Shown here piece by piece: positions 6,076 through 13,683 of a DNA stretch of 15,139 nucleotides (position 1 is the stretch's first letter; each line of letters starts with the position of its first letter). Both the position numbers and the translations under genes were made by a program. The DNA lies in IMG/VR virus record IMGVR_UViG_3300045988_135748, one strand, 5' to 3'. The notes under the pieces were generated by a model. It was not told the origin of the DNA, searched no databases, and worked only from the letters and a program-made list of their open reading frames with translations. This DNA comes from a virus.

Positions 6076-6195
6076 TATATACCGCGTAGCAAATTTCAAT
6101 CACGTGGGAAAACACGTTTTAGCCGGAGTGATTACCGGACGCGGTTTATATAAAACAGCGGCGCGGTGGCAATCTTAAGCCACCGTAAAACCGCG
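6076..6195 (+). other. GC-rich structured intergenic element (candidate RNA leader/switch or pRNA-like ncRNA)
   Basis: A three-way junction is formed by stem 6076-6087/6139-6152 (12 bp with a 2-nt bulge), hairpin 6102-6106/6113-6117 and hairpin 6123-6126/6135-6138. A further hairpin is 6163-6170/6179-6186, extended by 6158-6161/6191-6194. Four CCGCG/CGCGG segments allow alternative pairings. Confidence 0.4.
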
Positions 6196-6214
6196 AAAAA
6201 ATAGGAGAGTGGAA

Positions 6215-6622
6215 ATGAAAACAGAATGGAGTATTTTACTAAGTGGATTAGTAGGGATTTTTAGTCAGATTTTTGGCGGGTTCGATAACTTGTTTATCGG
6301 TTTACTTGTAATTATGGCAGTCGATTACGCAACCGGAATTATAGCCGCAGTTCTTGGAAAAAGTGGCAAAACAAAAAACGGTCACTTGTCAAGCAAGGCA
6401 GGTTTTAAAGGAATTTTGAAAAAATTGACAATGTTACTTTTCGTGTGTATGACAAAATATGCAGGTGAAATGCTTGACATAAAAGGATTGCGCGATATGG
6501 TTATCACATTTTTCGCGGTGAATGACTGTATTAGCGTTTTAGAAAATACCAGCAGAATTGGTGTAAAATATCCGAAAAAACTGAAAAACATGTTAGAGGA
6601 TTTATTAGAAAGAGAGGAATAA
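6215..6622 (+). CDS. Holin (Phage_holin_4_1 / TcdE-like family), 135 aa
   Basis: Family signature: DYATGIIAAVL...SSKAGFKGILKKL...NDCISVLENTSRIGV..PKKL. It has predicted transmembrane segments and a charged C-terminus. The start is the ATG at 6215 after AGGAGAG. Confidence 0.9.
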   Translation: MKTEWSILLSGLVGIFSQIFGGFDNLFIGLLVIMAVDYATGIIAAVLGKSGKTKNGHLSSKAGFKGILKKLTMLLFVCMTKYAGEMLDIKGLRDMVITFFAVNDCISVLENTSRIGVKYPKKLKNMLEDLLEREE

Positions 6623-6625
6623 AAA

Positions 6626-7390
6626 ATGAAAATACTTGTAATTGCGGGACACGGCGCAGGGGATTGCGGAGCAGTTGGAAACGGTTTCAGAGAAGCAGAC
6701 TTGACAAGAGAGTTAGCAGGATATGCAGTAAATGCGTTAAATGAGATAGCTGACGTGATAATATATGACACGGCTAGAAACTGTTATCGTGATATTAAAA
6801 ATAATGCAAACGGCGCGAAAGAACTATTAAAAAGCGTTGATTTTGTGTTAGAGCTTCATCTTAATTCTTTTTCAAGTAACAACGCGCAGGGCGTGGAAGT
6901 CTTATGCAAGCGCGATAGCGTATTTTCTCGGACACTTGCGGAAAAAGTATCGAATTGCGGATTTTCTAATCGTGGCGTAAAACTTAGAAAAGATTTATTA
7001 AACATGAATTACTGTGACAGCATTGATAAGCCTTATGTATTATTAGAATGCGGTTTTATTACGAATTATCATGACGTTTCAGTTTTTAAAAATTCGCAGG
7101 AAAAAATCGCGCAGGCTATTGCACAGTCTTTTAAAGTATGTTATAATTTAGAAGAAAAGAAAAGTAATTCTAAATTATACAGAGTACAGGTTGGAGCGTT
7201 CGCAAGGAGAGAAAACGCGGAAAAGTTAAAAAAACAGCTTGCTACAAAAGGTTTTAACTGCTTTATCACCTCGAAAGAGGACAATTTTTATCGTGTTCAG
7301 TGTGGCGCGTTCGAATCAGAAACTAACGCGATTAATTACCGCAATCAAATTATCAAAGCAGGATTTGACGCTTTTGTAAAAGGTTTCTAA
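6626..7390 (+). CDS. Endolysin: N-acetylmuramoyl-L-alanine amidase (Amidase_3) with C-terminal SPOR domain, 254 aa
   Basis: Amidase_3 motifs: IAGHGAGDCGAVG..READL, ELHLNSF, GVE, LLECGFITN. The C-terminal SPOR signature is YRVQVGAFARRENAEKLKKQL...FYRVQCGAFESETNA. Confidence 0.93.
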   Translation: MKILVIAGHGAGDCGAVGNGFREADLTRELAGYAVNALNEIADVIIYDTARNCYRDIKNNANGAKELLKSVDFVLELHLNSFSSNNAQGVEVLCKRDSVFSRTLAEKVSNCGFSNRGVKLRKDLLNMNYCDSIDKPYVLLECGFITNYHDVSVFKNSQEKIAQAIAQSFKVCYNLEEKKSNSKLYRVQVGAFARRENAEKLKKQLATKGFNCFITSKEDNFYRVQCGAFESETNAINYRNQIIKAGFDAFVKGF

Positions 7391-7392
7391 CT

Positions 7393-7986
7393 ATGTGGCA
7401 TTACGTTGAAACAAATAAATTTGGTGCGCTGTCACAATCTGAAATGCAAGACAATGTTGACGAGATTTATCTTATCTTAAAGGACGAATGGACACTAGAA
7501 GCGATTAGTGGCATGCTAGGAAACGCACAGCAAGAGAGCGGAATGAATCCGGCTCAATGGCAATATGACTATCCTATTGGAACAACGATAGGTGGCTACG
7601 GACTTTATCAGTGGACACCCTCCACGAATTATACAGATTACGCGACTGCAAACGGTTATGACTGGAAAGACGGAAAAGAGCAGGTTAAAGCTATGAATAA
7701 ACCGATTCCGTCTGACCAGTGGTCAGAAAAAAACAGCGGCTACACGTTCGAAGAATTTAAACAATTGACGAATGTTGACACCGCTACACAAGCGTTTTAC
7801 GCAGGGTTCGAGCGCGCCGGTATTCCGGCTACAGAACAACGTCTACAGTATGGGCGCAACTGGTATATATATTTAAGCGGCAAGCCGCCATCACCGACCG
7901 AAGTAGTCAGCGTTTTAAAAAACGTTTTTTACGGTAATAAGAAAATTTTATACCGTGGAAAAATAAATAATTTTTTAAAAAAGTGA
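7393..7986 (+). CDS. Second peptidoglycan hydrolase, phage tail lysozyme-fold domain, 197 aa
   Basis: EAISGMLGNAQQESGMNP...GGYGLYQWT matches the phage tail lysozyme domain signature (GN..ES, G..QWT). It is translationally adjacent to the amidase. Confidence 0.7.
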   Translation: MWHYVETNKFGALSQSEMQDNVDEIYLILKDEWTLEAISGMLGNAQQESGMNPAQWQYDYPIGTTIGGYGLYQWTPSTNYTDYATANGYDWKDGKEQVKAMNKPIPSDQWSEKNSGYTFEEFKQLTNVDTATQAFYAGFERAGIPATEQRLQYGRNWYIYLSGKPPSPTEVVSVLKNVFYGNKKILYRGKINNFLKK

Positions 7987-7995
7987 GGTAAAAAA

Positions 7996-8250
7996 ATGAC
8001 ATTTGAAGAAGCTATTAAAAAGGTCGCGGAAGTCTTAGACGTGACGGAAAATGATGAAGTTTTCGAAGCGTTAAAAGGTGGAGAAGCAAATTCCGGAGAA
8101 TGGGAGCAGAAATACAATGAATTAAAAAAGAAGTATACAGAAAGATTCATTGAAGAAATCACGAAAAAACCGGAAGAGAAGAAAGAAGAAAAAGAAGAAA
8201 AAGAAGAAGTCAAAATTGAAGATTTAGATTTTGACGGTTCTACAGAATAG
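7996..8250 (+). CDS. Scaffolding protein (phi29 gp7-like), 84 aa
   Basis: It is a small, acidic, helical protein immediately upstream of the capsid gene. Its C-terminal VKIEDLDFDG resembles phi29 gp7 ITIEDLEAK. It has an E/K-rich tract. Confidence 0.65.
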   Translation: MTFEEAIKKVAEVLDVTENDEVFEALKGGEANSGEWEQKYNELKKKYTERFIEEITKKPEEKKEEKEEKEEVKIEDLDFDGSTE

Positions 8251-8268
8251 AAAGAGAGGTTTTAAAAA

Positions 8269-9546
8269 ATGGGAAATGTAAAAGCTACAAATCTTAATGT
8301 TTTAAACGCTATGCGAAATAGCGGACTTCTTCCGGCTGACAGATTACCGGAAGTTACACTTGAAAATATCGCGTCCGTTTATGAACAGATTTTAAATGTG
8401 GAAGTAATTCGAAGCGCGTTCGCTTCGGCTTTAATTGAACAGATGGTGCAAGGGCGTATTAATTCCGCGTACTTTAGAAACCCGCTTGGAATGTTAAAAA
8501 GTAATCCAATGCGATACGGTGCAACCGAGCAAGAAATTTTTGTAAATATGGCAAAAGCGCAGGTATTTGACGGATTCGCTGACGCGTCCGTACTTTATAA
8601 ATACTATGAGGGTGAAGTCTTGGCGGCTTATCATCATATGTCACCGGCTTTACAGTATCCTATCACGGTTACTTATGACAATATGAGAAATGCTTTTCAG
8701 ACAGAATACGGAATCATGGACTTGATTCGTGCAAAAGTAGAATCTACTGTTTCCGGCGCGGAATGGGATGAATATTTAAGCATGAAGCAGTTAGTTGTTT
8801 CGGCGTACAATTCTTCACAGCTTTTCCCGGTGCAGGTAGCCGAACCAACTGACGAAGCAAGCGCGAAGGCGTTAACCATTGCTATGAAAACATGGATAGG
8901 AAAAATGAAGTTTCCGAATAAAAATTTGAATATTGCAGGTGCTGACAGTAACGCCCTTCTTGACGGTATCTATTACATGGTGACGCCTGAAGTGGACGCG
9001 GTCCTTGACGTTGACGTATTGGCTTACGCATTTAATATGAACAAAGCGGATATTGAAGCGCATAAAATTGTAATTGATTCTTTCGGAAATGACGATATTA
9101 AGGTAGCCTTATTCGATATGCGTTGGTATCGAGTGCGCGAGCAGTATCGTGTGATGTCAGATAGTAAGAACGGTGCGGCTTTGACTTGGACATATTTTTA
9201 TAATATCAAGAATATGTATTCATATAGTCCATTCTTCCCGTGTATCGCGTTCACCACAAAAAGTGTTAGTATGAAGCAGATTGACGTTACACCGATTGCG
9301 GACGCAAAAAAAGGTAGCGAGTACAAGATTACCGCTTTAGCCGCACCAAATACCGTAGGTGATTACGTTTTACAGACTTTCGATTATGAAGTCAGCGGAA
9401 ACACATCCACACACACGGCTTTTGTCCCTGGTAGCAACGTCTTAATGATTGCGAATGACGAAAAAGCGGAAAGTCTTACCGTGACCGTTAAAGCGCATTG
9501 GGACAATTCAATCACCGGAACAGCTACAGTAACAATCACAGGTTAA
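8269..9546 (+). CDS. Major capsid protein (phi29 gp8-like) with C-terminal Ig-like domain, 425 aa
   Basis: LNAMRNS, NPLGMLK..G.TEQEIF, AEWDEYLSMKQLV and LDVDVLAYAFNMNKADI...VIDSF parallel phi29 gp8 VNAIRNS, NPLKKFK, AEVDEYEYMKLLV and LDVDVLAKAFNMNRTDF...VIDGF. The C-terminal ~90 aa looks like a BIG2-type Ig domain. Confidence 0.93.
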   Translation: MGNVKATNLNVLNAMRNSGLLPADRLPEVTLENIASVYEQILNVEVIRSAFASALIEQMVQGRINSAYFRNPLGMLKSNPMRYGATEQEIFVNMAKAQVFDGFADASVLYKYYEGEVLAAYHHMSPALQYPITVTYDNMRNAFQTEYGIMDLIRAKVESTVSGAEWDEYLSMKQLVVSAYNSSQLFPVQVAEPTDEASAKALTIAMKTWIGKMKFPNKNLNIAGADSNALLDGIYYMVTPEVDAVLDVDVLAYAFNMNKADIEAHKIVIDSFGNDDIKVALFDMRWYRVREQYRVMSDSKNGAALTWTYFYNIKNMYSYSPFFPCIAFTTKSVSMKQIDVTPIADAKKGSEYKITALAAPNTVGDYVLQTFDYEVSGNTSTHTAFVPGSNVLMIANDEKAESLTVTVKAHWDNSITGTATVTITG

Positions 9547-9547
9547 T

Positions 9548-9563
9548 TGTTTCACGTGAAACA
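9548..9563. promoter_or_regulatory. CACGTG-core palindrome copy C (16-bp perfect)
   Basis: TGTTTCACGTGAAACA lies 2 nt after the capsid stop codon and 8 nt before the RBS of the next gene. Confidence 0.6.
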
Positions 9564-9587
9564 TTAATATAAAGAGAGGTAAGAAAA

Positions 9588-11177
9588 GTGGAAAATTTTA
9601 TTGAAATGCCGACACAACATGAAATAATAGGCATATCCCCGGAAACTACAATTAATTTGTGTGCCGGAATACCGTGGGATAACGGTTATAAAAATATAAG
9701 GTTGTTTAATTCGGTTTCAGAGTTGGACACTTTTCTTCTCTCAAAAACTGTGAAAACAGAAGTGAATGCAAGTCCAGTTAAAATCGGACAATTGACTGTT
9801 AGACTTCCCTATAACGAAATCGAGCCGCTTAATTGTAACTATCTTTATTTCTCAAATAAGCCACTTGAGCGGAAAAACCACTACGCTTTTATCACCGGAG
9901 TGACACCTCTTAGCGTGAATAGTTGTCTAATCACTTTTGAGTTAGACGTTTGGCAGGAGAACTTTTCAAAAATCGAAATTAACCCCTGTTATATTGTGAG
10001 AAGCCACATACCGAAAAGCGCGGACATTATTGGAAATTATACTTTTCCGGAGAGTTTAGAAGTTGGACAGTATGTCTATAATTTACCGGATTCGTCAGAA
10101 TTTACAGTATCGGTTGACGGTACATATCCAGACCCCGCCACATCTTTCCGAGTGAGTGAGGGGTTATTCCCGCCAGTGCGAAACGGTTATAGTCCAACGG
10201 ACAAGGAATCTAATTTTTATTTTTTAATGTACTGGAATACAAAAGAAGATGACAAAACAAAACAAATTATTAACGGTATTTATTACGGTTGTAATTATGA
10301 CAGATATGTCACTTCTACAGACATTCAGACAAAAATTAATAATATGACCGCCGAAGAAGCTAGCAACATTATCGCGATTGGTCTTGCACCTTATATTTTC
10401 TTAGGAACTGAAAAATGCACGGTATCTCTTAAAAAGTATAGCGACTTTATCGGAACATATAAACCGAAAAATAATAAGTGTTTCTGTTACCCTTATAATT
10501 TTATCGGACTAAATAACGGTCAGACCACGTTGGAAAGTTTAAAACTTGAATATTTTAACGGAGATAATGCGCCTTTTGAAATATTCATGCCACCGGACAC
10601 GATTCCGACCATGTTAGTTACTCCGAGAAATTACTGTAACTTAGCAGAGAATAGACAGTATCAGATTTCATTTAATGACTTCCCAAAACTAGGAGTTCCA
10701 ATTGATTCGCTTAAGGCGTATATCGCTAATAACTCAATAGCAATCGGTGCACAAGCTGCAACAACGGCTTTTCACGCTTATAGTGGAGATATTGTGGGGG
10801 CGGGAAAGGGTGCGTTAAACGTTATCACCGGACTGCAAAAAGCCGATACCGCAAGCGATTCGTCATTCACAAGCGCGGGCGGATATACTAGTTTTTGGGC
10901 GAAAAATATGGGAATCCGGCTTGTTAGAATCCATTGCGCGGAAGAATACATTCAGAAAATAGATAATATATTCACAGTTTACGGCTACAGAATAGAAGAA
11001 CTCGGAAAACCGAATATTAAAAGTCGTGCTTCGTGGAATTATTTACAAGCAAAGGACGTTACATTTAAAGGTATCACAGAACCGCAGGCAAGGGAAAAGT
11101 TAACTTCAATTATTGAAAATGGCGTGTTCTTTTGGCACACGAATGACGTTGGAAACTTTTCGCTTGAAAATAATTAA
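9588..11177 (+). CDS. Tail knob / distal tube protein (phi29 gp9-like), 529 aa
   Basis: The start is a GTG, 8 nt after AAAGAGAGG. IPWDNGYKNIRLF, HYAFITGV...ITFELDVWQENF, YIVRSHI and the C-terminal YGYRIEELGKPNIKSRASWNYLQAKD...NGVFFWHTNDVGNFSLEN parallel phi29 gp9. Confidence 0.9.
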   Translation: MENFIEMPTQHEIIGISPETTINLCAGIPWDNGYKNIRLFNSVSELDTFLLSKTVKTEVNASPVKIGQLTVRLPYNEIEPLNCNYLYFSNKPLERKNHYAFITGVTPLSVNSCLITFELDVWQENFSKIEINPCYIVRSHIPKSADIIGNYTFPESLEVGQYVYNLPDSSEFTVSVDGTYPDPATSFRVSEGLFPPVRNGYSPTDKESNFYFLMYWNTKEDDKTKQIINGIYYGCNYDRYVTSTDIQTKINNMTAEEASNIIAIGLAPYIFLGTEKCTVSLKKYSDFIGTYKPKNNKCFCYPYNFIGLNNGQTTLESLKLEYFNGDNAPFEIFMPPDTIPTMLVTPRNYCNLAENRQYQISFNDFPKLGVPIDSLKAYIANNSIAIGAQAATTAFHAYSGDIVGAGKGALNVITGLQKADTASDSSFTSAGGYTSFWAKNMGIRLVRIHCAEEYIQKIDNIFTVYGYRIEELGKPNIKSRASWNYLQAKDVTFKGITEPQAREKLTSIIENGVFFWHTNDVGNFSLENN

Positions 11178-11199
11178 AATGTTTCACGTGAAACATTTT
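11176..11199. promoter_or_regulatory. CACGTG-core palindrome copy D (24-bp perfect)
   Basis: aaaaTGTTTCACGTGAAACAtttt overlaps the tail-knob stop codon. Confidence 0.6.
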
Positions 11200-11215
11200 T
11201 AGAAAGTAGGTATTT

Positions 11216-12103
11216 ATGAATCCATGTAAAGAGAAAAACACAATGAACCAAGGCGAACGCTACCAACAATATTATACGCGTTACTACTTTCTTTTAAGAA
11301 ATATATATACTTCTCGTTTTAAGTGGACTTTACCGGAAGAAATTCCGCCGCGATTTCTAGAAGAAATTCTATTAGATTATGGTGAAGCTATTTTTTTTAA
11401 GGATGATGTAACGGAATTGTATGCAGTAGCAAAGATTGACGAAGCTGGACGAATGGATAATTATAATCACGGAGAGATGCGATTCGCATATGCGAATAAC
11501 TATGTTGGAGAATACACAAAAGAAAATAGTGTATTAATATATGACAGTTACAGTCAGTACCCATACAATGACATTATCGTCATGCACGCTGAAGCACTAG
11601 CAACAATGCGATTGACACGTGACTTGAACTTAGTTGCGTTGCGCACGCCGTATATATGCGCTGGGAATCGAAATACAAAACTGACTGTTTCAAACCTTTT
11701 CAAACAGCTTGCGAATTTCATTCCATGGATAACGGTCAATGACAAGTTCGATATGAACACCTTAAAAGTCCTCAATCTTGACGTGCCATACAACGCTAGC
11801 AACATACAGGCATTGATGAAGCAGGAGATTTCTGATTTTTTAACAGAAATCGGAATTGCGAATAACGGCGACACAAAAAAAGAACGGATGATAACGGGAG
11901 AAGTTGAAAGTAATAACGGTATTACAGAAATTAATCTGAAAAGTGCACTTGAACTTAGAAAAAGAAGTTGCGTACAGATTCGAAAAGTGTTTAAATTAAC
12001 CGAAGAAGATGTGAATGTTGAGCCGCTTAGTAAGATTGATGTTAGCGGAATATATCAGCAGTTTGGCATGACTAACAGTGAGGACGGTGGAGAAAATGAG
12101 TAA
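11216..12103 (+). CDS. Portal / upper collar connector protein (phi29 gp10-like), 295 aa
   Basis: [30 protein letters not shown] parallels phi29 gp10 [46 protein letters not shown] parallels KKERMVTDEVSSNDE. Confidence 0.93.
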   Translation: [295 protein letters not shown]

Positions 12104-12851
12104 CATGGGTTATCCTACTACGTCAATAGGATTTTTACTAGCGTACTACGGCGGCGTAAATATGTACGCCGGAGAAAATACTGGATTTGATTTAGTAGAA
12201 AAATTCTATTCAAAACTATTTGATTTTGATTTTCCTTTTTATGTAGAAAATGAAAAAATAAAGGTTGAGTTTGAAAAGTATTTATGTTATACTTATTTCA
12301 ACGAATCGATTGGATTCGAAACGCCGGAGGCGTGGAAGTTTGCATTTAAACAGAAAATGCTTGAAATCATTCCGTATTATAAAGAATTATATCGGACAAC
12401 CCTTTTCGAATATGAGCCGCTTATAAATCGCGTGTTTACTTCTTCCGATAACGTGAACGAGACCGGAATTAGTGACTATACAAGTAATGGTAATACAACC
12501 GGAAAAAGCGAGAACAGTACAAACGGTAACGGTTCAAGTACAAGTGATTCGCAGAATATTACAAGTGACACGCCGCAGATTAATTTTTCTCAAAACGACT
12601 ATGCAAGTGGTATGACAAGGGGGCAGAATAAAAATTCTGTAGAAAATTCAGAGAAAAAAACAACTTCCGATTCCGGTACAAGCAGTACAGTTTCAAAAAA
12701 TATAAACGATAAAAACAGAATTTTAAAACACGAAGAAAAAGGGTTTTCCGGTAGTTATCAAGAGGAAATTCGGAAAATCAGAGAAAACATTCTGAACATT
12801 AATAAACTGATATGCGACGATTGTTACGATTTATTCATGTTGATTTATTAG
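12096..12851 (+). CDS. Probable lower collar protein (phi29 gp11 position), 251 aa
   Basis: The ATG at 12096 overlaps the portal stop (ATGAGTAA) and follows GGTGGAG. The call rests on synteny with phi29 genes 10-11. The central S/T/N-rich tract is low complexity. Confidence 0.55.
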   Translation: MSNMGYPTTSIGFLLAYYGGVNMYAGENTGFDLVEKFYSKLFDFDFPFYVENEKIKVEFEKYLCYTYFNESIGFETPEAWKFAFKQKMLEIIPYYKELYRTTLFEYEPLINRVFTSSDNVNETGISDYTSNGNTTGKSENSTNGNGSSTSDSQNITSDTPQINFSQNDYASGMTRGQNKNSVENSEKKTTSDSGTSSTVSKNINDKNRILKHEEKGFSGSYQEEIRKIRENILNINKLICDDCYDLFMLIY

Positions 12852-12867
12852 AAAGGTGGTTGAAAAA

Positions 12868-13665
12868 ATGGGCGGTTTTATTAATTGCGGCGGGGGGTTT
12901 CCGCCACAGCCGATAGTATATACGGATGATATGACATTGCTAGACCGTGTTATGATTATACGGAAAGAACTGACTAGACTTGATAATTATGTGAAAAATG
13001 GAGATTTTTTAAAGCCTGCTTATCAGTATACAGATAAAAAAATCACGGAATTAAGCAATGACACCGCGGAAAAATTAAAAGCATTAACTGGTACGGTAAA
13101 CAGTAATAAATCACAGATTGACGAAAGTATTATTCAAATTAATGCGAGTTTAAATAATATTTATTCGGATTTGTCAAAATTGGGAACAGAAATTGACACG
13201 AAAATAAAAAGTGCAATGCAAACGGTGCTTTATGACGTGGAACAGCTTCTAATCGGTTACAGTATTTATGTTATAAGTCCGGTTAGTGGTAAAAAAACCA
13301 CTATACAGAACGCGCTAAATGAGATTTACGAAGCTACCGCCTTAAACGCGCTAACAGCTTTAGAATATGAACAGCTAGGGTTAAACGCAGAAAATTACGA
13401 TAACCACATGATAACCGCGAATGACTATGACAGAAAAAGCCGCTTCATTTTCTTGAAAAAGTTATATTTTTCTGCTATATCACCTTTTACCGGATTAAAA
13501 AAGACATGCTGTGATATTGTGAATGAGATTGTAAATTATCTTAAAATTGACAAGGCAATCACGGCAACGGAATATGACGCTTTAAGTCTGAGCGCATCAG
13601 ACTATGACAATAAAAATATTACTGCATACAGTTATGACTGGAACGGTAAACAAATTTTAATTTAA
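12868..13665 (+). CDS. Tail fibre / appendage protein with internal repeats, 265 aa
   Basis: The start is the ATG at 12868 after GAAAGGTGG. The N-terminal part looks coiled-coil. Two copies of (L/I)TAxEY(E/D)xLxLxAxxYDNxxITAxxYD are present. It occupies the phi29 gene 12 position. Confidence 0.45.
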   Translation: MGGFINCGGGFPPQPIVYTDDMTLLDRVMIIRKELTRLDNYVKNGDFLKPAYQYTDKKITELSNDTAEKLKALTGTVNSNKSQIDESIIQINASLNNIYSDLSKLGTEIDTKIKSAMQTVLYDVEQLLIGYSIYVISPVSGKKTTIQNALNEIYEATALNALTALEYEQLGLNAENYDNHMITANDYDRKSRFIFLKKLYFSAISPFTGLKKTCCDIVNEIVNYLKIDKAITATEYDALSLSASDYDNKNITAYSYDWNGKQILI

Positions 13666-13683
13666 GAAAGAGAGGTTATAAAA

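Noticed and set aside
6076-6152. tRNA-like gene (77-nt element with a closing stem and internal hairpins)
   Set aside because: It has only two internal hairpins and no D-arm pairing. The would-be anticodon loop has 6 nt. The would-be T-arm has a 4-bp stem and an 8-nt loop, AGTGATTA, without the TTCRA signature.
8172-8209. Purine-rich (GAA/GAG)n simple repeat
   Set aside because: It encodes the E/K-rich tail of the scaffolding protein (EEKKEEKEEKEE). It is coding low complexity, not a regulatory or mobile repeat.
3937-11199. Reading the CACGTG palindromes simply as rho-independent terminators
   Set aside because: This is not fully excluded, but I consider it unlikely as the whole explanation. 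The stems are A/U-rich with two G:C pairs, and copy C is followed by only two T residues. Copy B is a phased tandem pair with a half-site. The sequence is conserved, whereas the genome's real terminator at 14369-14403 looks canonical.
11616-11621. CACGTG inside the portal gene as a sixth palindrome copy
   Set aside because: Only the 6-bp core is present. The flanks (TTGACACGTGACTT) lack the TTTC/GAAA arms and lack symmetry, so it is probably a chance occurrence.
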